Origin: Paraphysomonas bandaiensis
Taxonomy: Eukaryota; Protista; Chrysophyceae
Direction: 5' to 3'
DNA length: 64,000 bases
Assembly (NCBI GenBank): GCA_965644295.1
Contig: CBFFRP010000066.1
Location: 372,001 to 436,000 of the forward strand
Positions 37,101 through 49,644 of the stretch are shown piece after piece. Under the pieces are notes generated by a model that saw only the letters and a list, made by a program, of their open reading frames with translations, was not told the DNA's origin and ran no database searches. The translations under genes and the position numbers were made by a program. Positions within the stretch are counted from its first letter, which is position 1; every line of letters begins with the position of its first letter.

Positions 37101-40100
37101 GATGTTGGATGGCAAGTAGGAGAGGTTGTCGGTGATGCACTTGGAGCCGAAGTAGGAAAACAAGTAGGACTAGTAGTCGGAGTTAACGTGGGGGAAGAAG
37201 TAGGAGCCAGTGTAGGTGATGAAGTTGGTAATGTCGTGGGTTTCAATGTAGGACACAGTGAAGGATGTGCTGTGGGTGATTGTGTCGGATCCATGGTAGT
37301 GCTAAATGTAGGAGATAAAGTTGGCTCAGCTGATGGTACTGAAGTTGGAACAGCAGTCGGAGCAGCACTTGGTGAAACAGTAGGAGATGTGGTTGGTAAG
37401 GACGTAGGATCAGATGATGGATGGCAAGTAGGAGAGGTTGTCGGTGATGTACTTGGAGTCGAAGTAGGAAAACAAGTAGGACTAGTAGTCGGAGTTAACG
37501 TGGGGGAAGAAGTAGGAGCCAGTGTAGGTGATGAAGTTGGTAATGTCGTGGGTTTCAATGTAGGACACAGTGAAGGATGTGCTGTGGGTGATTGTGTCGG
37601 ATCCACGGTAGTGCTAAATGTAGGAGATAAAGTTGGCTCAGCTGATGGTACTGAAGTTGGAACAGCAGTCGGAGCAGCACTTGGTGAAACAGTAGGAGAT
37701 GTGGTTGGTAAGGACGTAGGATCAGATGTTGGATGGCAAGTAGGAGAGGTTGTCGGTGATGCACTTGGAGCCGAAGTAGGAAAACAAGTAGGACTAGTAG
37801 TCGGAGTTAACGTGGGGGAAGAAGTAGGAGCCAGTGTAGGTGATGAAGTTGGTAATGTCGTGGGTTTCAATGTAGGACACAGTGAAGGATGTGCTGTGGG
37901 TGATTGTGTCGGATCCACGGTAGTGCTAAATGTAGGAGATAAAGTTGGCTCAGCTGATGGTACTGAAGTTGGAACAGCAGTCGGAGCAGCACTTGGTGAA
38001 ACAGTAGGAGATGTGGTTGGTAAGGACGTAGGATCAGATGTTGGATGGCAAGTAGGAGAGGTTGTCGGTGATGCACTTGGAGCCGAAGTAGGAAAACAAG
38101 TAGGACTAGTAGTCGGAGTTAACGTGGGGGAAGAAGTAGGAGCCAGTGTAGGTGATGAAGTTGGTAATGTCGTGGGTTTCAATGTAGGACACAGTGAAGG
38201 ATGTGCTGTGGGTGATTGTGTCGGATCCATGGTAGTGCTAAATGTAGGAGATAACGTTGGCTCAGCTGATGGTACTGAAGTTGGAACAGCAGTCGGAGCA
38301 GTACTTGGTGAAACAGTAGGAGATGTGGTTGGTAAGGATGTAGGATCAGATGTTGGATGGCAAGTAGGAGAGGTTGTCGGTGATGCACTTGGAGCCGAAG
38401 TAGGAAAACAAGTAGGACTAGTAGTCGGAGTTAACGTGGGGGAAGAAGTAGGAGCCAGTGTAGGTGATGAAGTTGGTAATGTCGTGGGTTTCAATGTAGG
38501 ACACAGTGAAGGATGTGCTGTGGGTGATTGTGTCGGATCCATGGTAGTGCTAAATGTAGGAGATAACGTTGGCTCAGCTGATGGTACTGAAGTTGGAACA
38601 GCAGTCGGAGCAGTACTTGGTGAAACAGTAGGAGATGTGGTTGGTAAGGATGTAGGATCAGATGTTGGATGGCAAGTAGGAGAGGTTGTCGGTGATGCAC
38701 TTGGAGCCGAAGTAGGAAAACAAGTAGGACTAGTAGTCGGAGTTAACGTGGGGGAAGAAGTAGGAGCCAGTGTAGGTGATGAAGTTGGTAATGTCGTGGG
38801 TTTCAATGTAGGACACAGTGAAGGATGTGCTGTGGGTGATTGTGTCGGATCCATGGTAGTGCTAAATGTAGGAGATAACGTTGGCTCAGCTGATGGTACT
38901 GAAGTTGGAACAGCAGTCGGAGCAGTACTTGGTGAAACAGTAGGAGATGTGGTTGGTAAGGATGTAGGATCAGATGTTGGATGGCAAGTAGGAGAGGTTG
39001 TCGGTGATGCACTTGGAGCCGAAGTAGGAAAACAAGTAGGACTAGTAGTCGGAGTTAACGTGGGGGAAGAAGTAGGAGCCAGTGTAGGTGATGAAGTTGG
39101 TAATGTCGTGGGTTTCAATGTAGGACACAGTGAAGGATGTGCTGTGGGTGATTGTGTCGGATCCATGGTAGTGCTAAATGTAGGAGATAACGTTGGCTCA
39201 GCTGATGGTACTGAAGTTGGAACAGCAGTCGGAGCAGTACTTGGTGAAACAGTAGGAGATGTGGTTGGTAAGGATGTAGGATCAGATGTTGGATGGCAAG
39301 TAGGAGAGGTTGTCGGTGATGCACTTGGAGCCGAAGTAGGAAAACAAGTAGGACTAGTAGTCGGAGTTAACGTGGGGGAAGAAGTAGGAGCCAGTGTAGG
39401 TGATGAAGTTGGTAATGTCGTGGGTTTCAATGTAGGACACAGTGAAGGATGTGCTGTGGGTGATTGTGTCGGATCCACGGTAGGGCTAAATGTAGGAGAT
39501 AAAGTTGGCTCAGCTGATGGTACTGAAGTTGGAACAGCAGTCGGAGCAGTACTTGGTGAAACAGTAGGAGATGTGGTTGGTAAGGACGTAGGATCAGATG
39601 TTGGATGGCAAGTAGGAGAGGTTGTCGGTGATGCACTTGGAGCCGAAGTAGGAAAAAAAGTAGGACTAGTAGTCGGAGTTAACGTGGGGGAAGAAGTAGG
39701 GATCAGTGTAGGTGATGAAGTTGGTAATGTCGTGGGTTTCAATGTAGGACACAGTGAAGGATGTGCTGTGGGTGATTGTGTCGGATCCACGGTAGGGCTA
39801 AATGTAGGAGATAAAGTTGGCTCAGCTGATGGCACTGAGGTAGGACGCGCTGTTGGTAACACAGAAGGAATGTGCGATGGTGAAGAGGAAGGACAAAACG
39901 ACGGAAGTGAGGACGGCGGTGCAGTGGGAGTCCCACTTGGAGTTGATGGAGGACCTGAAGTCGGATTGGTCGTTGGTGCTGAAGGAACAGCAAACACGAC
40001 CCCACAAAGCGTACACGAAGGTTCGTTCACCTGTTGCCCTGTAACAAATGTATACACTTTCTCTCCAGTTGTGTGGTCTGTCTCCTCATCTACACACTGA

Positions 40101-43100
40101 TCCTCCTGAGTAATGATACTCGCTCCGCCAGTTGTTCTTGCAAATGCCCTCAATCCAGTGCTATCAGCGAGACTTGTTGACGTGCCAATAGTGCCATACA
40201 CACCAGGCGGGCGAGTGTATGAATACACATAATTCACATCCAGCTTGGTATTCGTCACCCCAATGAATTCCATTGTCTCGACAGAAAGGCCTTCGATGCA
40301 GCCAATTGATATTCCCGTTTGAAAAGCCATATAAGCTAGAGTTTCAGGAGTCGTCATGACATAATAACTAGAATCTGACGAATCATGGGGCTGAAGAACT
40401 AATACTGCATTGCGTCGACGAACATTACGGCCACGAGGGATCAGCAAGCGGTCGTATACTAAAGTCTGCAATTGTAATATCATACCAACAGGCACACCTT
40501 CATCGAAAGCACAGCTGATTGTGGACGACTCACAGTTCACGGGATAATCAAACCTCACAAAATTCGACTGGTCGGTAACATCATTATTTGTGCGAGTAAT
40601 CGGTCCACTACCTATAATGAATTTATGACCAGATAGGTTGAATGCTCCCTGCTCAACAACCATCCATTCCAAGTATATTGCGGGTGAAATTGGTACAGGA
40701 ACTCTCCACTCCTTGGAGCAGAAACTGTCGTTTGCCTGATAGAGCTTTACACTAAACACAACTCGACCAGTATCACGTGTAATATTATTAACTCTAGCAA
40801 TTGCAGGGATTCCCTCACTCGATGTATCCCCATCAATTTCAGGAAGACTCACAAACACAACTGGATCATGAAATGAATCCAGAGTGGAAGAAAGTGTGAC
40901 CCATTGTTGATCATCAGCTCGTGCAAACCCTGCTTCCATCCATGGTTTATCAATTGGTGTATGCCTAATCATGTCGATCACATCAACACTTCTATTAGGA
41001 AGATCCCCACAAGACGTTGGTACTGCTGATGGAACTGATGATGGCATAGCGGAAGGGATAAAGGTTGGTGGGCTAGTGGGGAGGCCTGACGGCATCTGCG
41101 ACGGTACCCCGGAAGGAACTGCGGTTGGTTGGAGAGATGGCAGTGATGTAGTCGGTACGTGTGATGGCCTAGACGACGGGGCAGACGAAGGAATCGACGT
41201 TGGGCCAGATGATGGCAGTCCGGATGGAAGGAATGATGGAACTGCAGATGGAATCGCGGTTGGGCTTGATGTAGGATGTGTGGATGGTGTAGACGACGGA
41301 AAACTCGACGGAATCAGAGAAGGTTGACCTGACGGAACTGATGACGGCAATCCAGATGGAAAACTCGTTGGTGTGAAACTCGGCTGCTCAGTGGGTGTCG
41401 CAGTCGGTTCTGCACTTGGCAGAAACGTCGGAATTGACGTCGGTTGATGGGTTGGTGGAAACGAAGGAATGCTAGTTGGCAGCGAGGAAGGATTAACTGA
41501 CGGTGTTGCAGTTGGGAATGATGACGGCGTTGCCGTAGGAAGAGACGACGGTGAACTGGATGTGGGAAACAACGTTGGGGTTGCCGTAGGTAGCGGAGTA
41601 GGTGTAAAAGCCTTTCCCCGAGTGAAGAGCGCTTTACATACAACACAGGCAGATTGCGATCGTTGCTGACCCACCACCATGGTGTACACAGTTTCTCCAG
41701 TGGTATGGTCCGTCTCTTCATCCACACATTGGTCTTCCTGAGTGATAATACTCGCTCCTTCATTTGTCCTATCGAATGATCTAAGGCCGGTGCTGTCAGT
41801 AAGACTATTGGAGGACCCAACCGTACCAAACACACCAGGAGACTGGATGTACAAGTAGTTATACTCGATGTATCTATTAATATTAGTCACACCCAAAAAT
41901 TCCTGTGTCTCTATGGTGAAATCTTCAACACAACTAATATCTATATTTGTTTCGAAGACCATATACGCAAGTAATTCGGGGTCAGTCATTGCGTAATAAC
42001 TAGGATTTTCAGAGTCGTGAGGTTGGAGTACCAGCAACATATTGCGGCGTCGAACCACAACACCACGAGGAATCAACAGACGATCATACACAAGTGTTTG
42101 TATCTGTAAAATTACACCAATGCCATCATCTTCCGAAAATTCACAACTCACAGTTGCTGAATCACAGTTTACTGGATAATCAAATCGTACAAAATTTGAT
42201 GAATTCGTTACATCAGCATTTTGTCGAGTAATTGGCCCACTTCCGATCATAAAGTAGTGTCCCGACAAATTAAACGCTCCCTGTTCGACAACAATCCATG
42301 CCAAGTCAATGGGAGGGCTAATAGGTACTGGAATCCTCCACTCCTTCGAACAATAACTATCATTCGCTTGATACAGTTTCACGTCGAATTCAACACGACC
42401 ATTGAGTCGACTAATATTTTTTACTCGGGCAATGGCAGGAATTCCTTCGTTGGAAGTTTCTCCCTCGATCTCAGGAAGACTCACAAACACCACTGGATTC
42501 ACGAACGAATCGTACGTGGAGGACACTTTCGTCCACTCCTGATCGTCAGCTGATGCAAACCCAGCCTCTATCCACACGTTCTCAACGTACTTCTTTTGAA
42601 TCATATCAATAACCTCGGATGTCCCATTCATATCCGGCGTGCATATAGTTGGGGCAGGGGTAATAGTAGGTTCTGCAGATATAGAAGGTGCTGCAGATAT
42701 CGTGGGAGTAAATGTGGGAACAAAGCTAGGAGAGGTAGATGGAGCAGCCGAGGGAGACGTGGGTGCCAACGTCGGGGATACAGATAATCCACCATAAGGA
42801 GTAAACAGAACACTACACACAGTACACGATGATCGCAAATTCTGCTCGCCTACAATCATCGCATACACCGTTTCCCCTGTTGTGTGCTCTGTCTCCTCAT
42901 CTACACACTGATCCTCCTGAGTAATGATACTCGCTCCGTCAGTTGTTCTTGCAAATGCCCTCAACCCAGTACTATCAGCGAGGCTTGTTGACGTGCCAAT
43001 AGTGCCATACACACCAGGCGGAATCGTGTATTGGAAATCATACTCTATATCTAACTTTACATTCGTAACACCGGTCCAGGAGAGAGTTTCAAACGTCATT

Positions 43101-45429
43101 CTCTCCACACAACTGATCGCTGCACCGACTTCAAATGCCATATAAGCTAGTGTCTCAGGAGTCGTCATAACGTAATAACTAGAGTCTGACGAATCATGGG
43201 GCTGAAGAGCTAATATGGCATTGCGTCGACGAACAACTCGGCCACGAGGTATCAGTAGCCGATCGTAAACAAGCGTCTGGAGTTGAAGAATGATTCCAAT
43301 AGAAGCTCCCTCATCAAATGCACAGCTCACAGTTGATGATTCACAGTTGACCGGGTAGTCGAACCTCACAAAATTAGACGGATCTGTAACGTCTGAATTC
43401 TGCCGACTGATCGGCCCACTCCCAACCATAAAATAGTACCCAGACAAATTGAATGCTCCCTGTTCAACCACCATCCACGACAGATTAACTGCAGGAAATA
43501 TAGGCGTTGGTATACTCCACTGCTTAGAGCAGTAGCTGTCGTTCGCCTGGTACAACTTCAAGTCGAATGCAACTCGTCCTTCATCTCGTCTGACATTTCG
43601 AATTCTGGTTATTGCAGGGAAACCCTCATTGGATGTCTCTCCAGGAATTTCAGGCAAGCTAACAAAAACAACAGGATCCACAAAAGATGCGTACAGTGAT
43701 GACTGAGCCACCCAATTCTGGTCGTCCGCGACAGTGAACCCTACCTCAACCCAGATAAAGTCGACTGTCTTCTTACTAATCATATCGATCACATCAGCAC
43801 TGCGATTGAAGACCTCAGTGCATATGGTTGGTGATGACGTCGGTTCATATGTGGGAAGAGCAGAGGGTAGACGACTAGGCTGTGCAGAAGGGCAAGAAGT
43901 AGTCGGCACAGACGAGGGAAAAGATGTGGGTAGTGTAGTTGGCTCACCAGATGGAACTCCCGAAGGCACACCAGAGGGCACTCCGGTGGGCATTGCACTC
44001 GGTACAGATGATGGAACACTAGATGGGGACCCTGAAGGCTCTCCAGTAGGAAGCTGGGAAGGCACAGCAGATGGTTCTCCAGATGGAATCCCAGAGGGTA
44101 CTCCAGTTGGTGTCTGAGATGGCACAGCTGATGGCTCACCAGAAGGTGTTACCGAGGGAAGACCAGTAGGTACAATACTAGGAATTGAAGATGGTTCACC
44201 AGTCGGCACAATTGTCGGCACTGCTGTAGGTACTGATGTCGGCCAGGCTGTGGTATCCGGGGTAAATACCGCCTTACACACTGTACACGATTCTACCAGA
44301 ATCTGTTCCCCAACAATCATGACATACACTGTTTCACCGGTGGTGTGAATGGTCTCTTCGTCGTAGCACTGGTCCTCCTGGGTGATAATACTAGATCCTG
44401 TCACGGTGCGATCGAACGCACGCAGTCCAGTTGAGTCCGCCAAACTGGTGGATGTACCTACGGTGCCGTACACTCCTGGTGGAAGTACATACGTAAAGGT
44501 ATAGTCGATGTCGAGCTTTGTGTTGGTAACACCACTATAACTGTGAGTTTCAAATGACATTTGCTCAATACAACTTATCACAAATCCAGTTCGGAAGGCC
44601 ATGTACGCTAGCTGCTCATTCATGGGCATCACATAGTAACTTGAGTCTACAGAGTCGTGAGGTTGTAAAACGACCCTTGCGAATTTTCTGCGCAGAGCGT
44701 ACCCACGGGGTATTAACAGGCGGTCATAAACGACATCTTGGAGCTGAAGAATTATGCCCATTGAGGTGCCCTCCTCAAACGCACAACTGACTGTTGACGA
44801 TTCGCAACCAACAGGAAAGTCAAATCGTACAAAATTGCTTTGATTCGTCACGTCAGCACTAACACGGTTTATCGGGCCTTCTCCTATCATGAAGTAATTA
44901 CCAGTGAGATTAAATGCACCCTGTTCAGCAACAATCCATGACAACTTCAGCTCAGGAAATATTGGTTCAGGAATGTTCCATGTCTTTAAACAGTAACTAT
45001 CGTTTGCTTGATACAGCTTAACTTCAAAGCTGATCTGTCCAGATGTGGTGGCGTTGCGAACGCGAGCAATAGCAGGATACCCATCATTGGATGTTTCACC
45101 ATCTATCTCTGGGAGACTAATGAACACAACAGCATTCTCAAATGTGTTGAATATGGTTGATATATTCCTCCACTCCTGGTCTCCTGCAGTGGTGAATCCG
45201 CCTTCAATCCAAACCGATTCTCGCGGCTGTTTCGTGAGCATATCGATAACATCCGTAGTAGAGTTACCACAGTTTACTACAATATCATATTACATTCTAC
45301 ACCACTGAAATACAGATACTATATACCTGTAGGCTGGGACGTTGGTTGGGGTGTCGGTATAGCCTGTGAGTAATAGAGACAGAGTGCCTGTATAACAGCC
45401 ACTGTATATAATGATAATAGACTGATCAT
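31133..45429 (-). CDS. Giant single-pass surface protein, paralogue 1 (4x ~330-aa beta domain, PT-repeat stalk, LRR, TM, Ser-rich tail), ~4750 aa
   Basis: Signal exon 45429..45327 (MISLLSLYTVAVIQALCLYYSQA-IPTPQPT), phase-1 intron 45326..45277, then a single exon to 31133 containing the 4702-aa ORF. LRR motifs (LSGTIPSSIGMLTTL, LKYLDISGNGFVGQIPSSLC) and TM GITIGISVFLIVVLCCIYGVFI. Confidence 0.92.
33540..34490. repeat. Coding tandem repeat, 192 bp (64 aa) x ~5
   Basis: TAGGAG(C/T)TCGAGTCGGTGACAGAGAAGAGC recurs at 33541 and 33733 and onward at 192-bp spacing. Confidence 0.9.
34545..39850. repeat. Coding tandem repeat, 312 bp (104 aa) x ~17, near-identical units
   Basis: The off-frame 69-aa ORFs recur on an exact 312-bp grid from 34747 to 39739. 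Confidence 0.96.
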
Positions 45430-46232
45430 CTTAAAGTTCAAATAGAAGTAAGGGAAAAATAAACAGGCGGTGATTGATAGTGATTAAATAAAGCACACCA
45501 CTGCCAGATTAAATAAACAAATAGATACACGGCTGCTATAAATTGAGCCCTGTCGGTGAGGGGAAATCAAGGATATAGTGTGTCACAGCACGCATCACGT
45601 ACTACACGTCACTTTCGTGGTGTTAAAGTGTCACAGCTATTGATCTACACTGACGTGTAATGTATTGATATGATGGTGTTACTATGTATATACATATATA
45701 TATATATATTCCAGATCCTCTGCACTCATCCGTATATAGACATCCGTATTTTCATATGGACTACTGCTGTACGTACACTATCATACCATACGATCCTTAT
45801 CGTATCAGCCAATAGACTAAACTCAACTTCACACTTCAATTCTTCCCCTCTCATCCATCACTGACGAAGATCCTGCTGCTGGTGCTTTCTAGTTCGATGA
45901 CCTTCCAAAGAAAATATACTGTAGTTCAGTGTGTATACTACTGTATACCGCGGAAGGGTTGGAGAAAAAGCAAAGAAACATGTATTAACTATACTGTATA
46001 CTCTGTATACCGGTATACTATGGACTCCTACTGCTGCTATATACACCGAAAGGAAACGGTCATATGCAGCAGAGCATATACATACACGCACATATACTGA
46101 TATAAATATAATCTCCAAAGCATCTGCATTTAACAATTTCCACTCAAACGTGAGTGAGTACGTGAGTATTGAATAACTTGATATAATTTGTTTTAAAACT
46201 ATTACTTTGTATTGGATCTGTTAACCTTTGAG

Positions 46233-47256
46233 ATGTTTGAGAATTCAACCACTACTCAAAGGAATGTTACAAAGAAGTTGTCCACAGGGCATACTATTTA
46301 TCTAACCACTCAAGAAGATCGAATGCTTAAGCGAGTGTATGACTATCTTGCTGGATATGCACAGCGAATGGTACATATTCAGAAAATAGAAAACAAAAAA
46401 GCCGAAGTTGTGAAAAATGCCGGAGTAATAGCAGCTTCCAAGGGTCTTCCGTCAACAGACTCCAACGTCATTTTGAAGAGCTATAAACATGACCAGCGGA
46501 CACAGCTTGAAATACAAACTGATGCGATGTTTCAACTCAAAGATGAATTACAGGATTTAGAGGACAAGTTTAAAGCGTTTGAGGCCCAGAAGCACACTAT
46601 AGGATTCAAGGATATTGACGTTGTGCTCCGTAAGCTCGGAGCTGCGATGCACAAGAAAAATATAGAAGTACGTGTAATTGTATATTTCTGTTATATATTA
46701 TGATTATCTGTTCAGTTTATGATATGGGAAGTGGATGAGCAAGGAGACGGCGTAATTGATTGGGATGAGTTTCAACTGACATACTACAGAAATATTGTAC
46801 GTAATACTTGTTGTATGTTAATATGAATTATGCAGTACGTGGCCTTGTCCTGATTATTCTTATTATATATTCTAATGACGGTTTTTAAAGGTTGATGAAT
46901 CCGGATGCGAACCATGCACATTTTTCCACGTTTTAGAGGTATATTGAACTAATTTTACACCTCTATTTCTTACTACTACTACGTCTATAGTTTCTCACAT
47001 TTGATGAGAACAACAAGGGTTATATAATTGAAGATGACTGCATGGAAATACTGTTTGCCCGCCACGGAAGGTAAGTGACTGCAACTTTACGTTTTGCATA
47101 AATTACAGTATGCCGCGTAGTTCGAAACTTGAAAAAGAACTACAATTCTTGTTTGGAAATCAATTACGAGCGGCTGGAGGGACAGGTACACTTTCATTGA
47201 GCGAGTATCTGGCGGCGACTATGGGGAGAACGGGTAGGCGCGCTGTAGTGCCATAA
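46233..47256 (+). CDS. EF-hand calcium-binding (calmodulin/centrin-like) protein with N-terminal coiled-coil insert, 5 exons
   Basis: join(46233..46667,46716..46796,46891..46938,46991..47070,47121..47256) gives ...KKNIEFMIWEVDEQGDGVIDWDEFQLTYYRNIVDESGCEP...FLTFDENNKGYIIEDDCMEILFARHG..., with two clear EF loops. Confidence 0.88.
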
Positions 47257-48034
47257 CGATTGTGCTTCCGTGTACCTTGTATATTACTATTTGTTACATA
47301 TTACTTTGAGATAATTCGGAGCCGAAGTTCTGTATGGTCGGAATAAATTAGTACAATTACAATGTAGTTGGCAATAATAACTACAAATGAAATGAGTCCG
47401 ATATGCTTGCCCTTTATATATTCGATGGCGGTTCTAAGTAGAACAGGTAGAGTATCTTTTGAAAAAGAATAGCAATATCGATCGAAAGCTGTTCAATGAA
47501 GTACATGTCGATGATAAGGCTCTAAATCAATAATAATATTATCACAATGCTGAGAAGCATGATATTTACATAGGTTTACATGATGTAGTACCCTGTATGC
47601 TGTATACAATGATGAAGCCATTGTTTTGATGTGATTATATGAATCGTTTTTTATAAACCCATTTAGTATATAGATTTTATTATCTATTGGCCTGATGGAG
47701 TTTGAGGAAATATTATGAATATTACTTAGCCAGCCCTTGGTGGTGCAGATGTTTCTTATTATCTTATTATGCAACAACTCAAAGTATTTCTCGATATAAG
47801 TGTACTAACACCTGAAGAAAGGCACAACCAGTCGCTATTAGATGGCATATGAACATCTTAACTGAGCTTTCGTTCGTCACTGTGACCTGGTATTCTGACA
47901 CAAGCTAATAGAAATTCGAAACGTGATACATGCACAATTGTAGGGTTATTAATACAAACGGAATGAATACTGCATATATTCCAAACGCAATCCACTCATA
48001 GTGATACCGCACGATAGAGTTATAAGAACGGATA

Positions 48035-48508
48035 TTAATCACTCTTGTTAGCTTTATCTCTATTATTCCAGCAGTCCACCAAATTCTGCTCAGTGATTAC
48101 GCAATCCTGGATACGAAAAGTATGATTGTCCAGACAGGCTGAATACCTCGAAAACTCTCTTCCGCATGATCTTTTCAACTCTGATATACTGAAAGAACTG
48201 TGAGAATACATCTATCTACAAAGTGTGTCTGACACTGATACTTACACATTCTTAGTACAGACACGAACAAGGTCTCCGTGATCAATACAAACACCCGGAT
48301 GCTCTCCTTTCTCCATTTTACATTTTAAAAAATTCTTATTTACTGTAGAACATTCTCTGCCTAGAAATTTCCCAGCAGCCCATAGATCCATTGAGGACGG
48401 AGCATCCAGTAATGTGGACTGCTCCCATTTCAAATAATCAGGAAAATCCTTCTCAATATCGCGGATTGGGCGACTTGCTGAACCAAGGGTTTTCAAGTTA
48501 TCTACCAT
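48035..48508 (-). CDS. NDUFA8: NADH dehydrogenase (complex I) subunit NDUFA8-like, four CX9C motifs
   Basis: join(48508..48246,48188..48035): LWAAGKFLGREC-STVNKNFLK-C...C-IDHGDLVRV-C...C-GREFSRYSA-CLD...C-VITEQNLVD-C. Confidence 0.85.
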
Positions 48509-48952
48509 TATGTAGCTGGATATAATAATGCAATGAGTGAATGGATTGCGAGTGCAATGAAACTATTGCCATACTGCAGCTGTGCATGTCGCTCATATAT
48601 GAGTACAAGCATAGAGAGCATGGTGTGTGATATACGGAGTATACACTAACGTATATTGAGTGATATTATATGCTGCTGTATATTGTGCTACGTAAGATGT
48701 GTGATTTCCTACATTCGGTCAAAAAATTCCAGAAAAACAGGAGTTCAGGTCTATAAAGTAGTGATTTTATACTGCATAGGTCAGAAATGAATATTTTTTG
48801 ACGGGAAAAATACCACATTTCTGAATTAAAAAAAGCATTCGACTGGTACAGTGAATTTCATATGAATCGCTCGATATCTAGACATATATATACATATAGA
48901 GCCACTATGAGTCCATAACCCTGACATGCGTATATCTGAAAACAATTAAACT

Positions 48953-49231
48953 ATGAATGAAAAATGGCTTTGTTTGATTGCCTCCATCATAATCGATTTG
49001 ATTGGACTGGCTACATATCTTTTTCCTGGAATTGGTGAATCTTTAGACATTGCATGGGCACCTGTATCTGCGTCACTACTGCACTATATGTATGGGAATT
49101 GGCTAGTAACTATCGGTAACTTTTTTGAAGAAATTAGCCCTGGTCTAGACTTTATTCCAACAGCATTAATTGCATGGTATTTCACTTTCTGTCACTCCAA
49201 CAGACGCCCCACAAACTTGAGAGCAGATTGA
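48953..49231 (+). CDS. Small intronless membrane protein (92 aa) of unknown function
   Basis: Hydrophobic ORF with an internally duplicated motif: D..G...Y.FPGIGE..D..WAP and EE..PGLDFIPTA.IAW. Confidence 0.75.
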   Translation: MNEKWLCLIASIIIDLIGLATYLFPGIGESLDIAWAPVSASLLHYMYGNWLVTIGNFFEEISPGLDFIPTALIAWYFTFCHSNRRPTNLRAD

Positions 49232-49644
49232 ATATACAGTAACTGATATCAGGGTTTGTCAGTGTATATTGAAGAAGAATATAAGTGGTGTACAAAGGAC
49301 TTTGGAAATATCTAATACAGAATTGAACTTGAAGTATATAGAATGTGAAATGAAAATTTGTAAATGTTAGGTGTTGGGAGCAGAGAGTTGCTGATATTCT
49401 TGCGATTAACCATTATCAGGGATTGGTTGTTTATATTACGTTCCTTTACGGGTATGATATCCAGGTTCAATTTAAATGAACTACTATATCCGTATTACTT
49501 ATCCACATGGGGTTTTGTCGTAATAAAATTTAGCCAACATCCTGTAGTATCTTTTCGGTCATGATATAGAAAGTTTGAATTACTATTTTCATTTTCACGA
49601 GACTTGCTACATGCCGTACAAAATTAACTAATTTTAAGGTTAAC

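Noticed and set aside
34747-39636. Array of near-identical 69-aa MHHRQPLL ORFs
   Set aside because: Off-frame readings of the 312-bp coding repeat.
34581-40100. 1839-aa (also 309-aa and 905-aa) V/G-rich ORFs
   Set aside because: Antisense shadows of the Pro/Thr/Ser repeats, whose codons rarely produce stops on the opposite strand.
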